This document shows, one piece after another, positions 39,201 to 48,662 of a stretch of DNA of 64,000 bases. Position 1 is the first letter of the stretch. Every line of letters begins with the position of its first letter. A program made the position numbers and the translations under genes. The stretch comes from Candidatus Hadarchaeum sp. GTDB taxonomy: Archaea > Hadarchaeota > Hadarchaeia > Hadarchaeales > Hadarchaeaceae. A model generated the notes under the pieces. That model saw nothing but the letters and a program-made list of their open reading frames with translations. It did no database searches and was not told the DNA's origin. The stretch covers positions 64,001 through 128,000 of the forward strand of contig NZ_JAVZIN010000001.1 in the NCBI RefSeq assembly GCF_038871235.1, in the 5' to 3' direction.

Positions 39201-39500
39201 TTACCTGATGGGAATTCTCTTGGTCTTTATCGGCTTCAGCAGCGGGGCAACTATCTCCAGCAGCCCCTCGACATCGTAGTACTTGGTCTTGACTTTGTTC
39301 GGGTCAACGGGGACATCAAGGGAACGGCAGGTGGCGAAGACGAGATCATCCCTCTGAGCCTTGATACAGAATCCATTCTTGGAAAAGTTCAGCTCGATGT
39401 TCTCCTTTTTCACCTGTGGCAACCTGACGTGGATTTCGTATTTTTTTCCCGAATGGTAGTGTGCGCAGACCTCGGGAGCAACCAAAGGTCGTTTTACCAA
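39201..39500 (-). CDS. Hsp20/alpha-crystallin family protein
   Basis: LPQVKKENI, A/TKY..GLLEI, RIPI. Confidence 0.75.
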   Translation of the reverse strand: MVKRPLVAPEVCAHYHSGKKYEIHVRLPQVKKENIELNFSKNGFCIKAQRDDLVFATCRSLDVPVDPNKVKTKYYDVEGLLEIVAPLLKPIKTKRIPIR

Positions 39501-39563
39501 CTATTCACCTATAAACAATCCGAGTCGATGTTTTTATCTTTTTTTGCCCATCGCAAGGAGCGG

Positions 39564-40793
39564 CTACGAGAGCGGCGGCCTAGTGCCCAGCTCAACGGAG
39601 ACATTAATGGTGGTGTTGCTCCTGACTACCGTGAATTTAACCACCTGCCCCGGGGTGGTGTTTTCCTCAAGGTAGCTCATCAGATCATCAAGGGTAATTA
39701 TGCGGTGCCCGTCGACGGCTATCAGGATGTCGCCCCCGATAGTCACCACAGCACCAGTTGAAGTCAAGTACTGCTTGGTGCCACCGCGCAGGCCCGCCTT
39801 ATCAGCAGGGCCTCCAGGGACTACCGAGACGACCAGCCAACCGTAGGTCACGTCGGTGTTCATGGCTCGGGCAATCTCGTAGTCCATGTCGCGCCCCAAA
39901 ATGCCAAGCCAGGGATGTTTGTTGTAGGTGCCTGTTTTTACCAGCGCCTCTATCTCGCGCAGAATTGTGTTTGAGGGAACGGCGAAACCCAAGCCCTGGG
40001 AATCGGCGACAATCGCGGTGGTGATTCCAACTACCTGACCAAGAACGTTCAGCAGCGGCCCGCCTGAATTGCCGGGATTTATTGGTGCGCTGGTCTGGAT
40101 GATGTTCGCGATTGAGTAGTTTCCAATGGTTGACTCCTGTATTGTGCGACCGAGCTGGCTCACTATCCCCACCGTCATCGAGCCGGTGAGGCCGTAGGGG
40201 TTGCCCACCGCCACCACCGTATCACCGACCTTCAACGTGGACGAGCTGACGATCTCCAGCGTCTTGATTTCATGGCTGGGGACGCTGAGGGAAAGCACGG
40301 CGAGGTCTGCATATGGATCCGAGCCGAGCAGCGTGGCGGGATAGGCGTTGCCGTTTCTGAGCGTCACCACTATCTCGCTGGCACCGCTGACCACGTGGTA
40401 GTTGGTCACTATCACTGGCTGGCCCTCAAAATTATACCAGAAACCAGAGCCCTGAGCCACCCTACCAGAAAGTGTGGAGCGAATCACGACGACGGCGTCC
40501 TTGACCTTTTCATATAAGTCAGGGAGAGAAAAATTCTCCTGCACCACGTGAATGACATTTTCCCTCGCCAGCCCAGAGATCTGGTCGCTGATTGACGAAA
40601 TTTTGTTTTCCAGCGCTAAGAGCTGCTCCTCAAGTGAAGACACCTGGCCTTGGAGGTTTTTAACCTCCTGCCAGGTTATCATGTAACCGGCCACTGCACC
40701 GGCAAAAATGCCGACCGCCAGCACCAAAACGACCAACCCAACCAGCAGCCGGCCTGAGTAGCGGCCTCGGCGTCTCGGCAAACCATTCACCAA
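39564..40793 (-). CDS. HtrA/DegP-like membrane-anchored serine protease with PDZ
   Basis: GSGF, TNYHVV, DLAVL, INPGNSGGPL, PDZ domain. Confidence 0.92.
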   Translation of the reverse strand: MVNGLPRRRGRYSGRLLVGLVVLVLAVGIFAGAVAGYMITWQEVKNLQGQVSSLEEQLLALENKISSISDQISGLARENVIHVVQENFSLPDLYEKVKDAVVVIRSTLSGRVAQGSGFWYNFEGQPVIVTNYHVVSGASEIVVTLRNGNAYPATLLGSDPYADLAVLSLSVPSHEIKTLEIVSSSTLKVGDTVVAVGNPYGLTGSMTVGIVSQLGRTIQESTIGNYSIANIIQTSAPINPGNSGGPLLNVLGQVVGITTAIVADSQGLGFAVPSNTILREIEALVKTGTYNKHPWLGILGRDMDYEIARAMNTDVTYGWLVVSVVPGGPADKAGLRGGTKQYLTSTGAVVTIGGDILIAVDGHRIITLDDLMSYLEENTTPGQVVKFTVVRSNTTINVSVELGTRPPLS

Positions 40794-40851
40794 AACCCAA
40801 TTTCGCTGCGATTTGTTTTAACCCTTATCATCTAGCGATCGTGGGTTGTTT

Positions 40852-41679
40852 TTACCTCATGAGCATGGCGCCGTTTGCTACCCATGCCGCCCAGAGAACC
40901 GCGATCAAAATGGCTAGGGCCAGAAGATAAATTGCGATTAAAACGGCCTTTCTCTTCCAGCCCGTGGATAAAAGTCCACCGAAGAATCTCCTCAGTCGAT
41001 GTGGAACGAATGGAAGTAGAAAGGGAACCCGCCGTTGATATTCCAAGTACGCCTGGCCAAACTTTTCCTTGAGCCTCCCCTCCTCATCCTCGGCTAAGAT
41101 TGCGTGGAGGAAGACTAGGTTGGCCCAAGCAATGAAATCAATTGGCCTCAGGCCGTAAAGCACAAAGCCAAGGGCCAAGATGTTGACGCCCAGATATTGC
41201 GGATGTCTGACCAGCGAATACAGTCCAGCTGTCACCAGCCCGCCACCGCGAATTTTTGACCTGATGATTTGAACAAGACCGACCACAAAAATTGCCAAGC
41301 CTAACACGGTGAGGATTGGGGCGATAAGTTGGAACAGTTGCGGATCTGATGTTCGTCCTCTCACCAGCCAAGCGGTGGCCTCAGAGGAGAGCAGCGGGGC
41401 CCAGATTCCGTAGATGAGAGCAACCAGTCCACCGTAGATCAACGCCATGCCTACCGAGACCTGAAAGAGCGCTAGCAGGACTGGGGCGTAAAACGCCCAC
41501 ACCGCTCCGGCTCCGGCCCAGCTCAAAATTCGACGCTTCCATAGAACTCCTAACAAACCGATGGCGAGAAGCGCTACGACTAACAGTGCCGGAAGCAGCT
41601 GCGGAACGCTGCCCATGATCCAGAAGACAGAAAAGAGCGTCAGGAGGATGATAACAGTTTGTGCAAGCGTTTTTCTCAT
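40852..41679 (-). CDS. isoprenylcysteine carboxyl methyltransferase/PEMT family membrane protein
   Basis: GLYSLVRHPQY, EE..L.EKFG.AY.EY..RVP. Confidence 0.8.
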   Translation of the reverse strand: MRKTLAQTVIILLTLFSVFWIMGSVPQLLPALLVVALLAIGLLGVLWKRRILSWAGAGAVWAFYAPVLLALFQVSVGMALIYGGLVALIYGIWAPLLSSEATAWLVRGRTSDPQLFQLIAPILTVLGLAIFVVGLVQIIRSKIRGGGLVTAGLYSLVRHPQYLGVNILALGFVLYGLRPIDFIAWANLVFLHAILAEDEEGRLKEKFGQAYLEYQRRVPFLLPFVPHRLRRFFGGLLSTGWKRKAVLIAIYLLALAILIAVLWAAWVANGAMLMR

Positions 41680-41794
41680 CTCAGACAGCCAATTAACTGA
41701 CGTGGTTGAATAAATAAATTACATCATTCGTAAAAACCGAAGCTGAAATTCTCAACTAGAAAAACCAATTTAAATATTATTCAAAAATATCAGA

Positions 41795-43291
41795 TTGAGT
41801 GCTCTTGGTGGATGTATGAACAAGGTGATGTTCACCATCATGATCCTGCTGATATTAGGAGCGTTAGGCACCAGTGTTTACTTATTTTTTATGAATCCGA
41901 GACAACTGACTCAAACGATATCCACAACAACCACCTTGACATCCCTCCCGCCAGAGTTGCCACCATCTAACACGCCGACCACAACTGGAACCATAAAGCT
42001 GGAAGTGCCTGTTTATCCCGGCGCAAACGAATTTCTGATACCAGATTGGATGAAACTCAGACTGGGGATTCCTTCAGATGCCAGCCCTGAAGGATACACC
42101 ACAAGCGCAGATGCTGAAGAAGTAGTGGACTGGTACCTCCAGCACATGGGCGAATGGGAATTGGTAAAGGAGAACAGCTTTTTCCCTGACACCAAAACTG
42201 CCGTGTATCTGCAGTACTACAGATCTGGTGACAGCGGTGTATTCATCTTTGCGGTAATGACCACTGAAATGGAAGGCACGATATTTGGCATCGTCACTGG
42301 GTCCTGGGCGGCTGTTCTGGGGTATGGTCCAGCCGCAGAAGAGCAGGCCGAAGAGGAAAAAGTATTTGGCTTTGATCCCGCTCTTCCTCCGGGAGAACTT
42401 GAATTTACCTTTTCGCCCGTGGAAATCGACTTAATCAAGTACATCATCCCCTTGGGTAACTTGGTGCCACCAGCCCATACCCTGCCCACGGACCACATCT
42501 ACTTCGTTTACGGTGGGGCCAAGAGTGATGTTTTCGCTCCGACCTCGGGAAAGGTTTTAGAGATAAGACCCAGTGGCCCGGACGACAATCAGATCATCAT
42601 CGGCGTATCCAGCAGCTTTTCCTACTATCTGGACCACGTAATAGTGGACGAAAAAATAAAAGTCGGAGACTATGTGGATGCCGGGCAAAGGCTCGGAAAC
42701 TTGGCACCGCCGACGGCGTTGGACCTAGGCGTACTCAACAAAGACTTGATAAATCCCTTTGTTAATCCGCAAAGATACAGTAGCAAAGGAATACACGGAG
42801 ATAAACCTCTCCAGTACTTCGTCGAGCCAATCAAAACGCAGCTGTACTCGATGGTGGCGACCACCGGGGAGGACAAGAACGGGACCTTCTGCTCCGACGT
42901 CCCCGGAAAGCTGATCGGAAACTGGTTCTACGAAAACATCCCCCCAGAGGTCTTGAACACATCCGAGTTCGAGGAATATGCGATCGCTTTCGTTTATAGT
43001 AACTACGATCCATCTCAAGTTATGATCTCAATCGGGAGCGAAATGGTCGGTCTGCCTCCTGCGGCTTACAAGGCCGAGGGACCACCTCCTGAAAGCGTTG
43101 CTCCTTCTTCAGGAAAGGTTGCATACAAACTATACTCGTTCCAGTGTGGATGGCCGTTTAACTACGGTGGAAGAGTGGGAATTCTCATCGTGGAGATGCT
43201 CGACGAAAACACCCTCAGGGTTGAAGCTTTTTCTGATGTGGTTTCGGAGACTAGAGAGTTCACTTCGAACGCGAAAATTTACCTCAGGTAA
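41795..43291 (+). CDS. membrane-anchored secreted protein with Thr/Pro linker and M23-like beta domain
   Basis: N-terminal TM, TTTTLTS..PP linker, HTLPTDH, VFAPTSGKV, VGDYVDAGQRLG. Confidence 0.6.
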   Translation: MSALGGCMNKVMFTIMILLILGALGTSVYLFFMNPRQLTQTISTTTTLTSLPPELPPSNTPTTTGTIKLEVPVYPGANEFLIPDWMKLRLGIPSDASPEGYTTSADAEEVVDWYLQHMGEWELVKENSFFPDTKTAVYLQYYRSGDSGVFIFAVMTTEMEGTIFGIVTGSWAAVLGYGPAAEEQAEEEKVFGFDPALPPGELEFTFSPVEIDLIKYIIPLGNLVPPAHTLPTDHIYFVYGGAKSDVFAPTSGKVLEIRPSGPDDNQIIIGVSSSFSYYLDHVIVDEKIKVGDYVDAGQRLGNLAPPTALDLGVLNKDLINPFVNPQRYSSKGIHGDKPLQYFVEPIKTQLYSMVATTGEDKNGTFCSDVPGKLIGNWFYENIPPEVLNTSEFEEYAIAFVYSNYDPSQVMISIGSEMVGLPPAAYKAEGPPPESVAPSSGKVAYKLYSFQCGWPFNYGGRVGILIVEMLDENTLRVEAFSDVVSETREFTSNAKIYLR

Positions 43292-43368
43292 TTTCCGTTC
43301 TTGTTATTTCGCCAAAGACCTAGGGAACCGGATGGCTGGAGATTAACTTAATTGAACATTGGCCAAGT

Positions 43369-43446
43369 TGGTGCCCCGGGCGGGATTTGAACCCGCGTCG
43401 CAGCCTCGAAAGGGCTGTATGATTGACCGGCCTACACCACCGGGGC
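43369..43446 (-). tRNA. tRNA-Glu(TTC), intronless
   Basis: GCCCCGG/CCGGGGC-A-CCA; CAGCC-CT-TTC-GA-GGCTG. Confidence 0.93.
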
Positions 43447-43493
43447 CCACTATCTTTTACGCTTCAGATTATTAAACCCGATTTCATCAAAAG

Positions 43494-44198
43494 CTATTTC
43501 TCCATGATCCTGAACTCAACATCACCCTTGAGCTGGCTGACCATCCCGCCACCCTGCGAGATCTTCCTCATCACGCTCGCGGGATCTTTCACCCTGACGC
43601 CGGCGAGCACATCCGCCCCGTAGTCAAAGAGAACCTCGGACATTGGCGTGGATGGTCCCATGATCACGGTGAACTTGCCCCGGCTCAGCTCCAGCAGCCT
43701 CTCCAGTGACTTGTTTATGATCGCCGACCCAGTGATGGCGACGATATCGGCTCTCGGTATCAGGTACTCCGCCGCGGTATCGGGGAGGTCCCCGGGTTGC
43801 GGGTTTCTCTCCAGCACCCAGACCTCCTTGGCCACCCTCTGCAAATCTTTGATATCGGGAAAGTGCCCCACCATCACTATCCTCTTGTTCCTGCCTACCT
43901 CCCTGATGATGTCAAAGGCGTTCTTCCTCTTCCCTCTGACATCGATCAGCGAGTTCAGGGTGGCGATGCCGATGCCCGCCTCAAGGAAGTTCCAAGATTT
44001 AGCGTAGGACAGTAGCTTAGAGCACCCCAGCTTTTCCAGATTGCCGAAGCCCTCCGGAGCCGGGGTGTAAGGCCCACCGTAATTCTTCGCCAGCCCGCAG
44101 TGTTTGGTCACGACACCGATCCAGAGGTAACCGACGCGGACCTCCCTGACCTTACACTCCTTGTCCGGCAGGCTGGCGATCAGATCATCGATGAGCAT
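43494..44198 (-). CDS. DUF364 Rossmann-like putative metal-chelation protein
   Basis: VGHFP, GDLPD.AAE, ITGS..INKS, GPSTP. Confidence 0.85.
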   Translation of the reverse strand: MLIDDLIASLPDKECKVREVRVGYLWIGVVTKHCGLAKNYGGPYTPAPEGFGNLEKLGCSKLLSYAKSWNFLEAGIGIATLNSLIDVRGKRKNAFDIIREVGRNKRIVMVGHFPDIKDLQRVAKEVWVLERNPQPGDLPDTAAEYLIPRADIVAITGSAIINKSLERLLELSRGKFTVIMGPSTPMSEVLFDYGADVLAGVRVKDPASVMRKISQGGGMVSQLKGDVEFRIMEK

Positions 44199-44715
44199 CC
44201 ACGTCCACCTGAAATTTTCCCATCAAATCAACGAGCAAACGGGGCAGCTCCTCCCGGTTCTCCTCTGTGACCTCAACAACCTTGAAGTCGATGCCGTCCA
44301 GCTCACGTAGCAGCCTGTCCTTAAGAGTGTCTTGGACTACGAGGATGACATTATCATGCTGTTTGAAGGTCTCCAGTGCATTATCGAAGCCCCTTCCCAT
44401 CAGCTCCAGCTTGCCGAACTCGTCAATTATCATCAGATCGCCTTTCTTTCCCAGCGCCCTCTTACCAAAATCGATTCCTTCCGGACTGAAGACAAAGTGA
44501 CAGTGTGGTATCCCTCCCGGAATCTCGCGGGAACCGGTCACGGCGGCAAGAAGCTTTTTATCACCGCTGGCGATGTCCTCGACCACGAGTTCATCACCCT
44601 GCTGTGAAGTTATCGTGCCAGCACAGATGAGCCTCATCTCAGCAGCGATCTCGATGATCTTCCGGCAAATCGTTGTCTTGCCAACTCCCTTCTCTCCAGC
44701 TAAGATAACCCTCAC
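44185..44715 (-). CDS. THEP1/DUF2478-like NTPase
   Basis: GEKGVGKTT, IIDEFGKLE. Confidence 0.78.
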   Translation of the reverse strand: MRVILAGEKGVGKTTICRKIIEIAAEMRLICAGTITSQQGDELVVEDIASGDKKLLAAVTGSREIPGGIPHCHFVFSPEGIDFGKRALGKKGDLMIIDEFGKLELMGRGFDNALETFKQHDNVILVVQDTLKDRLLRELDGIDFKVVEVTEENREELPRLLVDLMGKFQVDVDAHR

Positions 44716-44719
44716 CGTC

Positions 44720-45508
44720 TCACCCTGCGAAGTTCTCCGGGGCCAGCTCCGCTATCGGTCGCTTCTCCACCTTTCTAAACACCAGTTTCATGCCATATAT
44801 CCCTTTCAAGACCCGTTCCGTCAGCACCTTGATCGGGTCTCCCTGAGCGATTATCCTGCCCCCGTTCAGTATCTTGACCTCATCCGCCACTAGTGAGGCC
44901 TCATTGACATCGTGGGTGGAGAAGATCACCGTCTTTCCTGCCTTCGCCGCCTTTCTGATCGCCTGAAGCACTCGAGCCTTATTCCTAAGATCTAGGTGTA
45001 CTGTGGGCTCATCGAGGATTAGCACCTGAGTTTGCTGAACTAGGGCCCGAGCGATGAAGATTAACCTCTTCTCGCCGCCGCTCAGGTCGGTCGTCTTTCG
45101 GCAGCTAAGTTCCGAAATTCCCAGCTCAGCAAGGGTGCGCCTGAGTATCCGCTCGTCCTCACCCGTCGGCACGTCGAAGAAGCCGAGGTGCGGTGCCCGG
45201 CCCAGCATGAGATATTCGTGCACCGTGTAGGGAAACAGCGGCTCCTCCTCCTGTGGCACCCAGGCCACGATTTTGCTCAGCTCAGACAAACTCAACTGGT
45301 TTAGCTCTCTTCCGTTGAGATGGATGCTGCCCGCGGTCGGGGTCAGCACCTTGAGGATTAACTTGAAAAGCGTTGTCTTTCCGGAGGCGTTGGGTCCGAG
45401 CAAAGCGGTGACTCTGCCTCCAGAGAAGACCGTAGAAACTCCTCTCAGAACATCCTCGCTTTGTCCCGAATATCGGAACCTCACTCCCTTGGTCTCTATC
45501 TTTGTCAT
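44720..45508 (-). CDS. iron-chelate/cobalamin ABC transporter ATPase
   Basis: GPNASGKTT, LSGGE, ILDEPT, THD. Confidence 0.9.
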   Translation of the reverse strand: MTKIETKGVRFRYSGQSEDVLRGVSTVFSGGRVTALLGPNASGKTTLFKLILKVLTPTAGSIHLNGRELNQLSLSELSKIVAWVPQEEEPLFPYTVHEYLMLGRAPHLGFFDVPTGEDERILRRTLAELGISELSCRKTTDLSGGEKRLIFIARALVQQTQVLILDEPTVHLDLRNKARVLQAIRKAAKAGKTVIFSTHDVNEASLVADEVKILNGGRIIAQGDPIKVLTERVLKGIYGMKLVFRKVEKRPIAELAPENFAG

Positions 45509-46479
45509 CAGCTTTCACCCCCTCTTGAAAGCAGCAGGAGAAAGACCGGCGCTCCGCAAAGCGATGTGATTATGCCCAGTGGAATTTCACCGGCGGTAAT
45601 GGCTCTGGCGATGGTGTCAAAGACAATCATGAGCGTGGCGCCCAAGATCAGAGAAGCCGGGACAATCCGGCTGTTATCGGCGCCGAATATTTTCCGAGAC
45701 ATGTGTGGTACGATCAGGCCCACCCAAGCGATAACTCCGGCCACCGAGGTGACCGCCGCAGCGGCCAGTACGGCAAAAACAACCACCACGGCGCGTAGCT
45801 TCCCCGGATCGGAACCCAGTGAAAAGGTGACGTCATCCCTCAAGGTGAGCAGATTAATCCTCCAGCGAATTATCAGAAGCCCTGTAATTCCACAAAGAGT
45901 CAGCGGTAGCATGTAAATCAGGTCATTCCACCGCACCCCGGAGAGACCACCCAGCAGCCAGAAGGTCAGTGCCGGAAGCTGGTTCAGCGGATCGGCCATG
46001 GTCTTGATAACCCCGACCCCGCCGGAAAACATCGCCGAGACCGCAATCCCAGCCAGAACCAGCCTGAGGATTTTTCCACCGTATTTTATTGACGAAGACA
46101 GCGTGTAGGCGACCAGAAGCGCCAGCAACCCGAACACGGTTGACGACGCCTCGATGACGAACGGCGAGTTTACCAAAAACAGGATGGCCAGCGCCGCACC
46201 GAAGGCCGAACCCTGGCTCACGCCAAGCAGGCTTGGCTCCACCAGCGGATTTTTAAACGCCGACTGCAAAGCCGCGCCCGCCGCCGAGAGCGCCATTCCC
46301 AGCAGAACCGCGGCGAGTATTCTCGGCAATCTAATGTTGAAAATTATTTCCGCGCCCAAGCCACTAGAGATCAAATCCCGAATATCCGCTGCGTATCTGC
46401 CCGCGAATAGGGAAACAAAGAAAACCGCCAGCAAAACGACCGTTATCGCCAGAAAGCGGAAGTGGTGCCTCATGTCCAT
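45508..46479 (-). CDS. FecCD/BtuC-family ABC permease
   Basis: IRLPRI, NPLVEP, VGLIVPH, EIPLGI. Confidence 0.92.
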   Translation of the reverse strand: MDMRHHFRFLAITVVLLAVFFVSLFAGRYAADIRDLISSGLGAEIIFNIRLPRILAAVLLGMALSAAGAALQSAFKNPLVEPSLLGVSQGSAFGAALAILFLVNSPFVIEASSTVFGLLALLVAYTLSSSIKYGGKILRLVLAGIAVSAMFSGGVGVIKTMADPLNQLPALTFWLLGGLSGVRWNDLIYMLPLTLCGITGLLIIRWRINLLTLRDDVTFSLGSDPGKLRAVVVVFAVLAAAAVTSVAGVIAWVGLIVPHMSRKIFGADNSRIVPASLILGATLMIVFDTIARAITAGEIPLGIITSLCGAPVFLLLLSRGGES

Positions 46480-46481
46480 CT

Positions 46482-47603
46482 CTACAAATCCCCGGTGATC
46501 TGCTGCATGATCTCACCGGCCCCTACCTCATCGAGACCATACATTTCCCTGTAGAACTGCCTCACCTCAGCCGTCAGATCCAGCTCCGTGAAGATGGTAG
46601 GCTGGATTTTCTTGGCCATCCAAAGCTGTCCCAGTATCCACCGGGAGTTTGGAGTATCCCAGCTTCCAATCGCGATCAAATGGGAATCATCCGGTACCGC
46701 ATAAACCCGGCCCTCCTTAACCGCGGCCACATCTCTCCAGAGTGGATCATGGAGGATGTTTTCCTTGACGCTGGCTGGAGAAGGATTATCAGAATAGGTA
46801 ACGATGAAGATGATCTCCGGATTCCACTGTGCAATCTGTTCGAATGACACTGTGTTCCATCCCCCGCCGCCGAGTTCTTTGGACAGCGGGTAACCTCCGG
46901 CCACTTCAATCATCATTGTCTGCAGCCAGCGAGATCCCGGCGCGTTGAACGAGATGGTTCCTCCCTTGACGCTGTAAAATAGGAAGAGAGTTCGAGGTCT
47001 ATTCGACAGCGGTAAGGAGGAGGTCTTGGAGAGAACGTAGCGGTATTTCTCCTCATAGTAGCCAGCGATTTTGTTGGCTCGAGGCTCTTCACCAAACAAC
47101 TTCCCCATCAGCCTGACATCGCGGAGATAGCTGTCGATGTTCTCCAGATCAACATAGACCACGCTGATGCCGAGGGACTCTAGGGACTCAGCGACCTGGA
47201 GTTTTACCACCGTCTTGAATATCACCAGATCAGGGTTCAGCTTGGCCAGCTCCTCGACGTTAGGGGCATCAGAGCCGGCGCCCAGATCACTGCTCACCGT
47301 CTTGGCGTCAATTGATGGATCGACCGCACGGAAAAGCGGCACGCTGGCGGTCCGCTGGTCCAGTCCATACAACACACTTCTGGCACTGGAAAACATGTAG
47401 GCCACGCTGGTGATGGGAAAGGCGCTCTTGCCGGTGATGATGACACGATCAACGGGAAGCTCGACCTGAACCGTCCTGCCGAGAGCATCGACAACGGAAA
47501 TTGGCCCCGTTAACGGGGGATAGGATGTCTGTCCGATAACCAGATAGGCGGCCACCACCACGACCAGTATCAGGACAATCGGAGAGATAAGATTCTTTTT
47601 CAT
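46482..47603 (-). CDS. iron/cobalamin ABC substrate-binding protein
   Basis: DALGR.V, NVEELAKLNPD, VSFEQI..WNP, AVKEGRVY. Confidence 0.9.
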   Translation of the reverse strand: MKKNLISPIVLILVVVVAAYLVIGQTSYPPLTGPISVVDALGRTVQVELPVDRVIITGKSAFPITSVAYMFSSARSVLYGLDQRTASVPLFRAVDPSIDAKTVSSDLGAGSDAPNVEELAKLNPDLVIFKTVVKLQVAESLESLGISVVYVDLENIDSYLRDVRLMGKLFGEEPRANKIAGYYEEKYRYVLSKTSSLPLSNRPRTLFLFYSVKGGTISFNAPGSRWLQTMMIEVAGGYPLSKELGGGGWNTVSFEQIAQWNPEIIFIVTYSDNPSPASVKENILHDPLWRDVAAVKEGRVYAVPDDSHLIAIGSWDTPNSRWILGQLWMAKKIQPTIFTELDLTAEVRQFYREMYGLDEVGAGEIMQQITGDL

Positions 47604-47716
47604 TCCCTTACACCAAGTTCCTTAATTTTCAAACACTACTTTTTGTTAAACAATAATAGTATAAAAAAAGATATGTTAATTAAAAAAGGTTTACAGCTGG
47701 AGCACTCAAAATCAGA

Positions 47717-47829
47717 TGGTGGGCCCGGAGGGCTTCGAACCCTCGACCACCCGGTTTCCCCGGTCAACCTATGAGCCTCGCCCAACTTCTTCAGTTGTCG
47801 GGCGCTCCACCAGGCTGAGCTACGGGCCC
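47717..47829 (-). tRNA. tRNA-CAT (probably Ile2, agmatidine) with introns at 30/31 and 37/38
   Basis: GGGCCCG/CGGGCCC-A-CCA; removing 47777-47798 and 47756-47769 gives CCCGG-CT-CAT-AA-CCGGG; Ile vs Met identity inferred from the GGGCCC acceptor. Confidence 0.87.
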
Positions 47830-47946
47830 ACAAAAAGCCATATGCAATCACTGCTAAAAAAAGTTTGCAAATCTCTAGCCCTGCTGAAAAAGTAGTCGTA
47901 CCTGTTATGTAGCCATACTACATATTTATAGACATCGCCACATAGG

Positions 47947-48660
47947 TTGATGGTAAAAAGCCTGGTGGGCCGGATGAAAGAAGTGGTCAAGGTTGATGAG
48001 GTAACCAAGATCTACCGCATGGGTGAGGTTGACCTGCGGGCGCTGGACGGAGTGAGCTTAAAGATCATGCCCTCAGAAAATCTATCGATAATCGGTCCCT
48101 CGGGATCGGGAAAGTCCACCCTGCTGCACCTGATGGGCTGCCTGGACAGGCCGACCAGTGGCAGGATCTACATCGACGGTGTTGACACCTCGCAGCTCAA
48201 TGGCACTAAGCTGGCCGAGATCAGAAGACACAAAATTGGCTTCGTCTTCCAGTTCTTTTACCTCATCCCGACGCTGAACGCCTTGGAAAATGTGGAACTG
48301 CCCATGATGTTCGCGGGTGTGAATGAAAGCGAGAGAAAAAAACGCGCCGCCGAGCTTCTGGAGCTGGTAAACCTGAAGGATCGGATGAAACACCGGCCCT
48401 CCGAGCTGAGCGGAGGCGAGAGGCAGAGAGTGGCCATAGCCAGAGCCTTGGCAAATAACCCCAAGATCGTGCTTGCCGACGAGCCCACCGGCAACCTCGA
48501 CTCCCGTTCGGGCAGAGAAATCATTGACCTATTAAGAAGGTTGAACGAGGAGAAGGGGGTAACGCTGGTGATCGTGACCCATGATCCTTATATTGCCAGC
48601 ACTATGAAGAGAACAATATATTTAAAGGATGGTCGAATCGTAAAGGAGGAGAGGAGATAA
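47947..48660 (+). CDS. LolD/MacB-type ABC ATPase
   Basis: GPSGSGKST, GFVFQ, LSGGERQR, ADEPTGNLD. Confidence 0.92.
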   Translation: MMVKSLVGRMKEVVKVDEVTKIYRMGEVDLRALDGVSLKIMPSENLSIIGPSGSGKSTLLHLMGCLDRPTSGRIYIDGVDTSQLNGTKLAEIRRHKIGFVFQFFYLIPTLNALENVELPMMFAGVNESERKKRAAELLELVNLKDRMKHRPSELSGGERQRVAIARALANNPKIVLADEPTGNLDSRSGREIIDLLRRLNEEKGVTLVIVTHDPYIASTMKRTIYLKDGRIVKEERR

Positions 48661-48662
48661 TT

